A program made the position numbers and the translations under genes. The notes beneath the pieces were generated by a model. It had not been told where the DNA came from and made no database searches. It saw nothing but the letters and a program-made list of their open reading frames with translations. 64,000 bases of DNA from an uncultured Candidatus Saccharibacteria bacterium (GTDB lineage Bacteria > Patescibacteriota > Minisyncoccia > Phycocordibacterales > CAIZLB01), in assembly GCA_964607805.1 (NCBI GenBank), contig CAZSLF010000002.1:36269-100268 (forward strand), given 5' to 3'. Shown piece after piece: positions 30,377 to 40,194 of the stretch. The number at the start of each line of letters is the position of its first letter. The stretch's first letter is position 1.

Positions 30377-31426
30377 CTAGATTCCCTTCACGATATTGTA
30401 TGGAGGATATCGCTGTGGATCGATTGATACATCGAAGCAGTGTTCACCTGCTGGATGTGTATCAAATCTTCCTTCATAACCACCGTAATACATGCTGTCA
30501 TATGCAGCCATTGGTCTTCCGATTCCACCGCCAGTGCCATTTGCACCTTGAATTCTCTTATCTACTTCACCATCCTGATCGAAAGTAGCGCAAAGCTTGT
30601 AAGCTGGAAATGAACTTGAAGCAACCAAAGCGCCAGCTACATATCGCGGCCCTTGTCTTACAACTTCATACTTATAATTCTGATGTGTAATTGGGTCTGT
30701 AGGTAATTTTGTTGCATATGGATCACCTGAAGTCATTTCATCTAGAGTTGCTGGAAGGACTGCACTCTTTGACTGATAGTAGTTTAGGATTTGACCGTTT
30801 AGTGATTGAAGGTCCATTTCTCTTTGATTATCGTCTCTAACAGCTCTAAGTAGTGTTGGAGAACCAATCAAAGTGAATCCGAAGATCAATGAAGCTAAGA
30901 TTATTGCTCCAAAAACCCATCCTGTTACTACTGCATTCTTTCTATTTTCTGAAAATGAATTTCTAAGTTCACTTCTTGTATACCAAACAAGAGCTGCTCC
31001 AACTAGAAGAGTCACAATTACTTTCCAAACAAATCTAGAAGCAATTTCTCCTCCTAAGAATGTATTGATGAATACAACAAGATCAACTGCAAGCATAACA
31101 ATCGAAAGAAAAAGTGTTAGAAACAATCCCCATCGTCTAATCCAAATATCTTTCTTAGCAGAATCAACTTCAATAGTCTTATGCACTGTTCGAAGCAAAT
31201 ATACTAGAAGCGGAGTTGCAACAATTAGAATTGAAACAGAAAGTCTCATAGACTGACCATATGGATCGTAATAATTATAGACATCGCGAACGTCTGGTAA
31301 TACTGAATTGATAACTGAGAACATAAATGTCAAAAATGTCGCCACAAGCGTATACAGCACGACAAAGACACCAAGATTCAAAAAGAAATCTTTGGCTGTC
31401 ACTTTAGGTTTTAGTGTTTGTTCCAT
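30377..31426 (-). CDS. DUF5671-type membrane protein with a pilin/GspG-like C-terminal domain
   Basis: Five TM segments, then DNQREMDLQSL...YY...LP.TL...PTDP.T...Y.Y...YKLCATF. Confidence 0.7.
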   Translation of the reverse strand: MEQTLKPKVTAKDFFLNLGVFVVLYTLVATFLTFMFSVINSVLPDVRDVYNYYDPYGQSMRLSVSILIVATPLLVYLLRTVHKTIEVDSAKKDIWIRRWGLFLTLFLSIVMLAVDLVVFINTFLGGEIASRFVWKVIVTLLVGAALVWYTRSELRNSFSENRKNAVVTGWVFGAIILASLIFGFTLIGSPTLLRAVRDDNQREMDLQSLNGQILNYYQSKSAVLPATLDEMTSGDPYATKLPTDPITHQNYKYEVVRQGPRYVAGALVASSSFPAYKLCATFDQDGEVDKRIQGANGTGGGIGRPMAAYDSMYYGGYEGRFDTHPAGEHCFDVSIDPQRYPPYNIVKGI

Positions 31427-31672
31427 GGTTTTGTTTAAGCGTTAAAAAAGCCAATTAAGGCGATTTTATTTGGTAATGGGTTAAGGCTGGTAACTTATGC
31501 GCCTCATATTAAGATTAAGTCCTTAAAAGGCGTATGAGTGTATTATATCAGGTTTTTAGGGCCTTGCTTCTAAGATTATATAAATAAAAAAAACCCTATC
31601 TTCTGCATTTGCAAAATATAGGGTTCGAATCTGTCTCGGTATTTCACCGCTCGTCATACAATATGTAGACAC

Positions 31673-32032
31673 TCAGCCGCTCAGAGCTACGTATGAACCA
31701 TTGTCTTGCACTTCGAATTTAAAGATTTGTTCCTTCGTGCGAATATCAGTATCAGCGGGCACGAATATCCTGTAACGGAGCACTTGTTTCATTCCGTGAA
31801 TCTCGCGAAATCGTCTAACGTTGTCCGGACAAGGATCAATCTCAATTTGGACACCTGGGGTCTTCACGATAGCGCGAAAGTCTTTGGACTCCGCAAAATG
31901 TGATAAGTACTTAAGGGTCCAGGGATGTTTTTTTATGAAATCACGCGGCACGTCGATATCATCGTCTAAAGATGCTGCGACGCGAACAAGTTCGTTAACG
32001 AACTCCTCTAAGGCTTGGGCATTTGGGTACAT
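31673..32032 (-). CDS. Hypothetical protein (second gene of a two-gene cassette)
   Basis: ORF from MYPNAQ after an A/C-rich spacer; hairpin at about 31590-31625 downstream. Confidence 0.6.
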   Translation of the reverse strand: MYPNAQALEEFVNELVRVAASLDDDIDVPRDFIKKHPWTLKYLSHFAESKDFRAIVKTPGVQIEIDPCPDNVRRFREIHGMKQVLRYRIFVPADTDIRTKEQIFKFEVQDNGSYVALSG

Positions 32033-32075
32033 AATTTTGTCCTCGAATTGTTTGGGTGGAATGGACGTGCATGGA

Positions 32076-32393
32076 TCAGAGAATCTCGATGGATTCCGCG
32101 ATATCGGCAAGGATGTTTGCGAATATCTCGCGATCGGCAGGGCTCATACGAGTGATCGTAAAATCCTGAACACGAGAAACATCTCCCCAGTCTCCGTAGA
32201 TCGCGAGCCTGTTATGAGCAACAGCGAGCCACATCGTATCGAACTCGAGTTTGTGTTGAAGCTGCAGAAATGTTTTCTGCTGAAACTTCTCTCCAACGTC
32301 GGGTTTGAATATGATGCGAATCTTGTTGCCTGCGACAACACCTTGCAGTGCTTCTTTTGCACTCCGTTCGTCCGTGATTTGTGTTAATCTCAT
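32076..32393 (-). CDS. Hypothetical protein (cassette)
   Basis: 105 aa ORF after TTGACA-N17-TATCAT (32445-32473). Confidence 0.65.
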   Translation of the reverse strand: MRLTQITDERSAKEALQGVVAGNKIRIIFKPDVGEKFQQKTFLQLQHKLEFDTMWLAVAHNRLAIYGDWGDVSRVQDFTITRMSPADREIFANILADIAESIEIL

Positions 32394-32476
32394 GACTGAA
32401 GTCCTTTCTTGGTTTGAGGTTGATTTAAATAGCTACCAGTGTATATGATAACATATTTATGATATGTTGTCAATAT

Positions 32477-33595
32477 TTAAACCTTAAATTCCATCACATC
32501 CCCATCTTTCACAACATATTCCTTCCCTTCAGTTCTAACCAAACCCTTTTCCTTCGCAGCAGCAAAAGATCCGGCTTCCAATAAATCTTTCCAAAAAATA
32601 ACTTCAGCACGAATAAACTTTTCCTTAAAATCAGTATGAATTGCCATGCCTGCAACAGGTGCGGTCGATGCACGCGCGATTGTCCAGGCCCTAGTTTCCT
32701 TTTCTCCTGTTGTAAAATATGTTTCCAAATCAAGTAATTTGTATCCGGCTTTGATAAGTGAATTAATTCCATCATCTTTTGCACCTAGCTCCGTACGGAA
32801 TAATTCTTTTTCATCTCCTTCCAAATCTTTTAGTTCATGCTCAACACCAGCATCGACAATTACATATTGATCTCCCTCGGCTGCGAAGTATTCGAGCAAA
32901 GATGTAAATCGAGGGTCGGGTTGGCCGTCTGGGCCATTTTCATCTAAATTCTTCCCTCCTGCTTTCTTATTTAAAACATATAAAATCGGCTTCCAAGATA
33001 GAAGATTTAGATTTTGTATTGGTAAAATTTCTTCTTCAGTAAGTTGAGGCAACGCCTTTCGTGCCAACTTACTATCCTCCAGCACTTTATTCACCTTTTC
33101 AAGTGCAGCTTTTTCAATTACAGATGCTTTCTCGCCTTTCTTTACTTCCCTTTCAACACTTTGCAATCTTTTTGTAACAGTTTGCATGTCGGCAAGGATA
33201 AGTTCGAGGTTAATGACTTCAATATCATTTCTAGGATCAACTTTTCCATCAACATGAATAATATTCTGATCTTCAAAAATACGCACAACTTCTGCAATTG
33301 CATCTGTCTCACGAATATTTGTTAGGAATTGATTTCCAAGACCCTGACCTTCCGACGCGCCCTTAACTAGACCAGCAATATCAACAAATTCAATCGCTGC
33401 AGGAATAGTTTTTTGAGTTTTTGAGAAGTCTGCTAGCTTGTGAAGTCTATCGTCGGGCACTTCAACAACACCAACTGAAGGATCAATCGTACAAAAAGGA
33501 TAGTTCTGTGCTGGAACAGACTTTTTAGTCAAAGCATTGAAAAGGGTTGATTTACCAACGTTTGGAAGGCCTACAATTCCTATAGATAGTTTCAT
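32477..33595 (-). CDS. ychF: Ribosome-binding ATPase YchF
   Basis: GIVGLPNVGKSTLFN, NYPFCTIDP, DIAGLVKGAS and a TGS domain. Confidence 0.98.
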   Translation of the reverse strand: MKLSIGIVGLPNVGKSTLFNALTKKSVPAQNYPFCTIDPSVGVVEVPDDRLHKLADFSKTQKTIPAAIEFVDIAGLVKGASEGQGLGNQFLTNIRETDAIAEVVRIFEDQNIIHVDGKVDPRNDIEVINLELILADMQTVTKRLQSVEREVKKGEKASVIEKAALEKVNKVLEDSKLARKALPQLTEEEILPIQNLNLLSWKPILYVLNKKAGGKNLDENGPDGQPDPRFTSLLEYFAAEGDQYVIVDAGVEHELKDLEGDEKELFRTELGAKDDGINSLIKAGYKLLDLETYFTTGEKETRAWTIARASTAPVAGMAIHTDFKEKFIRAEVIFWKDLLEAGSFAAAKEKGLVRTEGKEYVVKDGDVMEFKV

Positions 33596-33750
33596 ATATT
33601 TTGGTTAGATTTGGAGTGTAGCATATTAGAGGTTGATTATAAAATATATTTCTATACACTTGCGGAAGACAGATTCGGCTGCATACATGTCTGCATTTCG
33701 AATCGAGTAAACTAAGCACATCATCAAATACATACATAGAGGGTTTAAAT

Positions 33751-34563
33751 ATGAAAGCTACAGATCCAATTACACGGAAGGAAATTGAGTTGTTTGTTGG
33801 TATACGTTCAAGATTCGGTATCGGTAATATGGGATTCAATCCTTTAATAGAATGCAGAAGCTCGAGACAAGTTGAAGTTCAGCTTGCAACAAAAGATGGA
33901 CTGCTTGTTCCTGACGGTGTCGGGTCAATCTCACTTGGTATTGCTGTTGATAGCGATGCTTATCCATCTTTCAGGGAAAAAAGGAGTATTCATGCTTCAT
34001 ACCTGAGATTTAGAGGTTTCAATGGTGGATCGAACTCTGCATTTACACACCCTGCTCTATTTTTTATGTTCGGAGCACTGACTCTTTGTAAATATCCGGA
34101 ACGTTGGAGTTATTTATGTCAACATGGCGGAAGGCGAAACTTAAATATACGGCGTATCAGGCGGATGTTGACTAGTCCGCTCTCGCAAGAGGTGGAGAAA
34201 TTGTGCACAGACAATTCAATTGATGCTTCAAGGGATTTCAGTATTAATCGTCTCCATGACGACTCGGACGGGATGCGATATGGGCACATCAGGATTAAAT
34301 TCCTTGGCGATAGGATACTTGCAAAAACTGACACCACAAAGCTTGGTTCTTGTACTAAGGAGGAAGGATTGGCTTTTGAGGACCAAATGGTCGCCGAGGG
34401 AATTATGTCCAAGGACTGGTGTCAAATATTACGTCCTAAACATGAGTTACCTGTAAAACCAAATGACTCAGGTGATTTTCAATCTCGACTTCTTTGGAAT
34501 TCATTTCATATTCTAGCGATTGCAATGCTGGAAGATCAGAAAAGACGTCCGTTATCGCACTGA
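33751..34563 (+). CDS. Hypothetical protein (cassette)
   Basis: 270 aa ORF; TTGATT-N16-TACACT at 33633-33660; terminator downstream. Confidence 0.65.
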   Translation: MKATDPITRKEIELFVGIRSRFGIGNMGFNPLIECRSSRQVEVQLATKDGLLVPDGVGSISLGIAVDSDAYPSFREKRSIHASYLRFRGFNGGSNSAFTHPALFFMFGALTLCKYPERWSYLCQHGGRRNLNIRRIRRMLTSPLSQEVEKLCTDNSIDASRDFSINRLHDDSDGMRYGHIRIKFLGDRILAKTDTTKLGSCTKEEGLAFEDQMVAEGIMSKDWCQILRPKHELPVKPNDSGDFQSRLLWNSFHILAIAMLEDQKRRPLSH

Positions 34564-34588
34564 GATTGACGGATCTAAAAAAACACGG

Positions 34589-34616
34589 GCGCAGGGATGA
34601 AATCCCTGCGCTTTTT
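34589..34616 (+). terminator. Terminator between convergent genes
   Basis: Perfect stem GCGCAGGGAT/ATCCCTGCGC plus T-tract. Confidence 0.8.
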
Positions 34617-34848
34617 ACTTCCCCATAATCTCCCTCAACTTCCCCTCATGAGTTTTCATAACTTCAATTGAAGCGTCCATCTGGCTTTTGCCTGTTTTCA
34701 TCTTCTCTTCGATTTGCTTTGCAATATCCATGAAAAAATCTGGATTCTTTTCAATAGCAGTGAACACTTTTTCTTGCTCGGCTTCTGGAACACCTTTCAT
34801 CTGCTTTTTAAGCATTTGTTTCATTAGAAAATTTTGGAAAAATGACAT
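34615..34848 (-). CDS. Small helical conserved hypothetical protein
   Basis: 77 aa Met/Lys/Gln-rich ORF; leaderless TGATAGAAT 7 nt upstream. Confidence 0.75.
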   Translation of the reverse strand: MSFFQNFLMKQMLKKQMKGVPEAEQEKVFTAIEKNPDFFMDIAKQIEEKMKTGKSQMDASIEVMKTHEGKLREIMGK

Positions 34849-34971
34849 GTCGATTATTCTATCAAATTTGATAAAGGTCTAGGTATTGACATATACCAAA
34901 TTAATGATATAAAGATATCAGACCCTCCTAAACTCTTAGCGAACCAACCTGCCAAACAAACAGAACAAACC

Positions 34972-35367
34972 ATGATTGAGATACCTATTTACTACGTACA
35001 TGTCAGCAACTGGGTTGCGGGCATCACTCTTTTCATCTTCGCACTCATAACCCTCATAACATACCTCTGGGGTGATAAAGTAAGCATCTGGTCAGAGGGC
35101 GGCAAACTGACACCCCTCTTCAAAATCCTCCAGCCTTGTGCGTTTGTCGTCACATGTACCCAGACATTCATGTCTGTGTACTGCTGGATTGAGGTGATTT
35201 TGTTTGCAAAGGATCATGCAATTCCTTATGGTCCACATAACTTCATTGTGTACCAGTATGGGTGCCTCTTCAGCACATTATCAGTACTCTCTTCGATGGT
35301 CATTAATTACTATTGTAGTAATGGCATTCGCGGTTTCCACGAGAAAAACGCCCAGCTCTTCCAGTAG
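34972..35367 (+). CDS. Hypothetical membrane protein (cassette)
   Basis: Three hydrophobic segments; TTGACA-N16-TATAAA at 34886-34913; hairpin at 35395-35417. Confidence 0.7.
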   Translation: MIEIPIYYVHVSNWVAGITLFIFALITLITYLWGDKVSIWSEGGKLTPLFKILQPCAFVVTCTQTFMSVYCWIEVILFAKDHAIPYGPHNFIVYQYGCLFSTLSVLSSMVINYYCSNGIRGFHEKNAQLFQ

Positions 35368-35456
35368 CTTGTACATCAAGTGCACAAGCCTTCGATCCCG
35401 CCACCTCGGCGGGATTTACTTTTTAAAATTTTAATACTTATCCGCGCATTGCACCT

Positions 35457-37013
35457 TTAATCAATCGGCAGTGTAATAGTAAACTCCGAACCTTTACCTT
35501 CTCCGAGAGAATTTGCCCAAATTTTTCCACGATGTTTTTCAATAATATTCTTGGCCATGTATAAACCAATTCCCATACCTTCTGTATCTGTGTGACGAGC
35601 GTTCGTAGCACGATAGAATTTAGAGAAGATTCGAGGGATATCGTCTAGTGAAATGCCGATACCATTATCCCTAATTGTGATCACAACTTCGCCACCAACT
35701 TGTCGCGCTTTAATTTTAATTTGACCTTTTTCTGGAGTGTATATAAGAGAGTTTTCAAAAATAATTTGAAGAGCGAATTGAACTCGAGTTTTATCTGCTT
35801 GGATTGTTGGTAGATTATCGTCCATTTCAAAAGCAATATCCAAATTTTTTCTATCAATTAAATCATCGTGAGATGTAAATAGATCTTTCAAAATTTCTTC
35901 AATTCTCACTGGCATGAATCTATATAGATATAGATCGTTTTCATCCTTAGATACGTCAATTACAGCGTTTGTAAGCTCAAAAAGACGCAAACTGGCGTAT
36001 TGGATCTGATCTACGGCTCTGTTTCGCATGTCTGCATTTGTATCTTCGCGCAGTTCTTCTGCCAACCACCGAATATGTGTTAGTGGAGTTCTGAACTTAT
36101 GGCTTACGTTGTTAATAAACTCATACTTTAGGATATCGGCTTGGCGAAGCTGTTTCCAGACAAGAGTTCCGACGAGAAGAATAATAATTCCGGAAAAGAA
36201 AGGTATGGGCCAGAAAGGAAAGCCATTATACAAATGAATTAAATAATTATTCAAAACGTTTATACCTGCAGTTGAAAAACCAACCACCGAAACGAGAATA
36301 AAATATATGAGAGCGTGACGAGCCACCACATGCAGGTTTACTAAATCATATTTTAGAAGGCCATATGCAAGCGGGATTGTATATAAACCAATAACAGCCG
36401 TCGGCAACATACTTATATTAATTCCAAAAATTGGCAAAAAGAACAGCGAACCAACAACATATGCAAATCCAAAAGAAAGATAGAAATAGTTCAGGCGACT
36501 TTTATCCAATTGCTCCAATTTGTGATACCCAAATCCAAGTGCAGTAAAGAAATATGCCGCTGAACCTAGGAAAAAGACTGCTATTGTCCAATAATATGGT
36601 CCAGGAACAAGGAAATATGGGAAAAATTGCACTGGAGCAACACCTGCAATCAACAGTTCAGGTCTCACTATTGTAAGCAGAGCCAGTGCTGTAGCAAATA
36701 TGTACATGATTACTAGTCCAACCCTTTGTTGTTCCAATTTTTTGAATACTGAAAACCCAAAGTGCGCAGTAAAACAAACACTAAATACAATCACGTTCGT
36801 AATTAACATGAAGAAATATGAAAGATTTTCGTCTACTGCATTTGCTCCGAGCAAATGTGCCAAGAGATAAATAACAAAAGAAAGTGTTGCGAAAAAATAT
36901 AAGCGATTATCTCGCTTTGTCCACCCTCGTGAGAGCACGAAAAGGCCTAGTGATAAGCTGAGTACTGCGGATACGGTGTATCCAATATTGTGTAGCAATA
37001 AACTGAGATGCAT
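35457..37013 (-). CDS. Membrane sensor histidine kinase (multi-TM N-terminus, HisKA and HATPase_c)
   Basis: SHKFRTPLT H-box, ENSLIYT N-box, DNGIGI and GMGIGL G-boxes. Confidence 0.92.
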   Translation of the reverse strand: MHLSLLLHNIGYTVSAVLSLSLGLFVLSRGWTKRDNRLYFFATLSFVIYLLAHLLGANAVDENLSYFFMLITNVIVFSVCFTAHFGFSVFKKLEQQRVGLVIMYIFATALALLTIVRPELLIAGVAPVQFFPYFLVPGPYYWTIAVFFLGSAAYFFTALGFGYHKLEQLDKSRLNYFYLSFGFAYVVGSLFFLPIFGINISMLPTAVIGLYTIPLAYGLLKYDLVNLHVVARHALIYFILVSVVGFSTAGINVLNNYLIHLYNGFPFWPIPFFSGIIILLVGTLVWKQLRQADILKYEFINNVSHKFRTPLTHIRWLAEELREDTNADMRNRAVDQIQYASLRLFELTNAVIDVSKDENDLYLYRFMPVRIEEILKDLFTSHDDLIDRKNLDIAFEMDDNLPTIQADKTRVQFALQIIFENSLIYTPEKGQIKIKARQVGGEVVITIRDNGIGISLDDIPRIFSKFYRATNARHTDTEGMGIGLYMAKNIIEKHRGKIWANSLGEGKGSEFTITLPID

Positions 37014-38198
37014 CTATCCAAGTATATCATGCAACTTTTTGTAAACAACCAAATTAGCCTTAGTTTTCAACTTTTTTAATCTCTCAACAATTTTCCATGA
37101 TTCAATCACCTCTTCTTCGGTTGCAAACATTGGAATAGACAAAGACGGCGTTGCGCCTGCATCGCTTTTAATTGAGTTTTCAAAAATAATTTCATATGCA
37201 TCTTTCGAACTATTTTTCAAATCTATAAAAATTGAGGGTTTATTATCATGAAAATGAACCTCCACACCCGACTTATCCATATCAAGCGCTTTTCCAGACG
37301 CCATACTATACAAAATATTGTGTTTTTGATTTTTTAACTTAAAAGTTGCACTGAAAAATGTTTCAGTCGTTGAATCTTTAGGAATATTTTTCTCTTCTGT
37401 ATAGCCTTTATACTGCCAAAATACTGGAGATCCTTGAATTTGTAGATTTTTAAGAAAAGAAAGCTTTGATTTATGAGAAATTTTGGCACCACTGTTTAAA
37501 ATAACACCAAATACAGATAATATCTGCAGCAAATGATTCTGTCCCACATCGTAAAGCGCACCAATTTTGTCATAAAAAACTCCCCTATCCTTAATTCCTT
37601 CTTTTTCATATATAACTGCTTTTATTTCCCGAATTTCTTGTGCGGGCAGAAGCGCCTCCAAAACCTTTGGATTTGATGCAAATAATTGCTCAATATTAAT
37701 AAGACTTTCTTTTGCAAGATAATGATCTACAAATTTTACTTCAAAGCCTCGTGATTCTAATCGAGAAAAATCATTGATCGCCTTCTTCGCATCCTCTAAA
37801 CTATTTCCAATTGGTTTCTCTACCAAAACCTGAATTGGTCGCTTCAAATACTTGCCAGCAACTTTCTTTATATTCTGCGAGAAATTTTCAGCTACTATAG
37901 TATGTAAGCTTGGTGGCAAAGATGAATACAGGATCAAATTAATAGGACCCAACCCTGACTTATGCTTTTTAATCACCTTTTCCACCTGATCTGCTATTTT
38001 CTTATAGATTTTTTGATCACTTAAATCACCTGATATATATGTATTGTTTGGAAGTGTCTTAAACTCATCAATTGGAGTAGGCTTGCGTCCAGCACCTATA
38101 AATACAAAATCCCCACTCATTGAAACCTTCTTGAGCGCTGGTATAACCCTATTTTTTGCTAGATCTCCTGTGATTCCGAATAAGACAAATATGTTCAT
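37014..38198 (-). CDS. zwf: Glucose-6-phosphate dehydrogenase (short, divergent)
   Basis: GITGDLAK, EKPIG, DHYLAKE, QNHLLQ and TETF motifs. Confidence 0.85.
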   Translation of the reverse strand: MNIFVLFGITGDLAKNRVIPALKKVSMSGDFVFIGAGRKPTPIDEFKTLPNNTYISGDLSDQKIYKKIADQVEKVIKKHKSGLGPINLILYSSLPPSLHTIVAENFSQNIKKVAGKYLKRPIQVLVEKPIGNSLEDAKKAINDFSRLESRGFEVKFVDHYLAKESLINIEQLFASNPKVLEALLPAQEIREIKAVIYEKEGIKDRGVFYDKIGALYDVGQNHLLQILSVFGVILNSGAKISHKSKLSFLKNLQIQGSPVFWQYKGYTEEKNIPKDSTTETFFSATFKLKNQKHNILYSMASGKALDMDKSGVEVHFHDNKPSIFIDLKNSSKDAYEIIFENSIKSDAGATPSLSIPMFATEEEVIESWKIVERLKKLKTKANLVVYKKLHDILG

Positions 38199-39553
38199 TA
38201 TTGAACGATTGTATCACGAGAGGCATCTGTAGATGAAGCTGTATCTGTACCGCCAATTGTTGGGTCTGTAGATGAAGAATTACCAGTTGCAACCGGTTCT
38301 CCAGTAGTACCACTATTCAAAAGTGAGGCAATATCAACTTTCCCATCTAAACTATCCTTAGAATTCTTCTCAACTTTAAGAATCACTTGAATTTCAGCTA
38401 GATTTCTAAGTGTTGAACGTGATTGTGCCGTAGCATCGCCAAATTGACCTGCTTTAATATGATTATTTATTTGAATAATAGATGAACTAGCGTTATCCAA
38501 TCGCTTATTAACCAATTCTATTGTAGTTGAAGCATATTCATATGCCTTCAATTCAGTTTGAATATCGATAATAGTGAATCTTAATTCTTTAATATTTGAA
38601 TCATATACCTGCTGAGCCGGCTGAGCAGAACCTGCAAGGTTTATAGAAGACGATGCAGCAATACTAGCCATAACTTTTTCTTGAATATCAATTCTAGAAT
38701 TCTTTGTCATGTCTAGTTCATTCTTCAAAGTTACAAGCAAAGACGCAACTTCAGGTTTAGCTACAAATTTCTTTGCGTCAATTGCAATAGCAAGTTGTGT
38801 TCCGTCTGGGTTGTCAGACATAGCAACTGTTGCGGTTGAAGAAACGGTATCACTTACAGCCAAACTACCATCTGGGTTATGAGCAAGTGAAAGGCTTTCA
38901 AGAATTAATTCATGAGTCGTAAGGGCAGATTCAAAATCCACAACTACTTCTTGAGCCGCGTTCAGGTTATTTTTTGAAACTAGTGAAGCAACACGATTTC
39001 GGATCTGTTCAGCTCTCTTTATAAATTGATCCTGTAAAATCTGCTTATTTTCTTCACTTAAATTACCCTGTGCAGACAATACTGCAGCTTCCTGTAGTCT
39101 TTTTTCAGTGATTTCTACTGCTAATTTTGCTTTTGCCTCGTCTGTAACCGCTGTTAGATCTCGAATTGATTCGTTAACATTTAATTTTACAGAATATAGA
39201 GAGTCTCCTGGTAAAGCTTGTTCTGCGAGAAGTGAAGCGCCTCCAGTAAACAAAAGTAGAAAAGAAGCGACAAGTGCTGGAACAAATTGTCTTCGTTTTA
39301 TGTATGTAAATAGGTTTTGTGAAAAAGACAACCCGAAAGTAAATCTACCGTTCTCCGTCTTTTCAACTAGTGAACCATTCTCAGATGAATATGAACCAAA
39401 TTTACTCGCCTTTTTATCAGAGTGAACAAGAGACACTGCCTCGATCTTTTCAATAACCAACATGGATTGCTTAAAAACCTCACGTTTTTCTTCGGGAGTC
39501 ATAGCTACCTGTCGGTAACCTTTTATTAAATTTTCGAAATTAGATTCAATCAT
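38198..39553 (-). CDS. DUF5667 domain membrane protein, probable anti-sigma factor
   Basis: TM followed by ALPGDSLYSVK..VNE and EKRLQEA; start overlaps the ECF sigma stop. Confidence 0.75.
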   Translation of the reverse strand: MIESNFENLIKGYRQVAMTPEEKREVFKQSMLVIEKIEAVSLVHSDKKASKFGSYSSENGSLVEKTENGRFTFGLSFSQNLFTYIKRRQFVPALVASFLLLFTGGASLLAEQALPGDSLYSVKLNVNESIRDLTAVTDEAKAKLAVEITEKRLQEAAVLSAQGNLSEENKQILQDQFIKRAEQIRNRVASLVSKNNLNAAQEVVVDFESALTTHELILESLSLAHNPDGSLAVSDTVSSTATVAMSDNPDGTQLAIAIDAKKFVAKPEVASLLVTLKNELDMTKNSRIDIQEKVMASIAASSSINLAGSAQPAQQVYDSNIKELRFTIIDIQTELKAYEYASTTIELVNKRLDNASSSIIQINNHIKAGQFGDATAQSRSTLRNLAEIQVILKVEKNSKDSLDGKVDIASLLNSGTTGEPVATGNSSSTDPTIGGTDTASSTDASRDTIVQ

Positions 39554-40082
39554 ATGTGAGTATATCCACCTTGAGCACATCTTTTAATATTTTAATTGCT
39601 CGGTGAATACGAACGGAAACAGTGTTTTCTCTTTGGCCTGTTGCTAAAGCAATTTCTTTAACAGTTAAGCCGTCTATATACCGCATAAGCATAAGAGCCC
39701 GATCTTCGTCCTCGAGATCATGTATAGCTTTGATTACAATTTCAGCGTCTATTTCGTCTACAATCGAATGGTTTGAGTTTCGGTGATCGTTTGGATCAAA
39801 GCCTTCCTCGAGGAGAGAGTCAAGAGATAATTCTTTCTTCTTGCGGTAATTGTCAATTATTGCGTTTCTGGCGATTCGATATAGTAGTGCTTTAATATTG
39901 AGAATTTCTTCAGCATCGGACGCCATATATTCCCATACCTTTACAAATGTGTCCTGGACTACATCCTTAGCTTTTTCACGGTCTGACAACTTATAGAAGG
40001 CAAACTTGAAAAGCGAATCAGCATGTTCGTCGTAGGCTTGTTTGAATACAATTTTGAGATCGGTATGTGTCCTTTTTGACAT
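39546..40082 (-). CDS. ECF RNA polymerase sigma factor
   Basis: AKDVVQDTFVKVW, LYRIARNAIID and region 4 LTVKEIA...NTVSVRIHRA. Confidence 0.93.
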   Translation of the reverse strand: MSKRTHTDLKIVFKQAYDEHADSLFKFAFYKLSDREKAKDVVQDTFVKVWEYMASDAEEILNIKALLYRIARNAIIDNYRKKKELSLDSLLEEGFDPNDHRNSNHSIVDEIDAEIVIKAIHDLEDEDRALMLMRYIDGLTVKEIALATGQRENTVSVRIHRAIKILKDVLKVDILTYD

Positions 40083-40194
40083 AATTCATGACGTACCAGC
40101 GGGCAGGTTATTACAGAGTATGGCGAATCAATGCATATAATGGTAACATATTTGTAGCAGAAATTCATCAAAAAACAGTGCAAATCGTACATAT

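Noticed and set aside
31821-32387. 188-aa plus-strand ORF, or a frameshift joining 32076-32393 to 31673-32110
   Set aside because: Promoter and terminator support the minus strand. The second gene has its own A/C-rich spacer and ATG at 32032, and I saw no slippery site.
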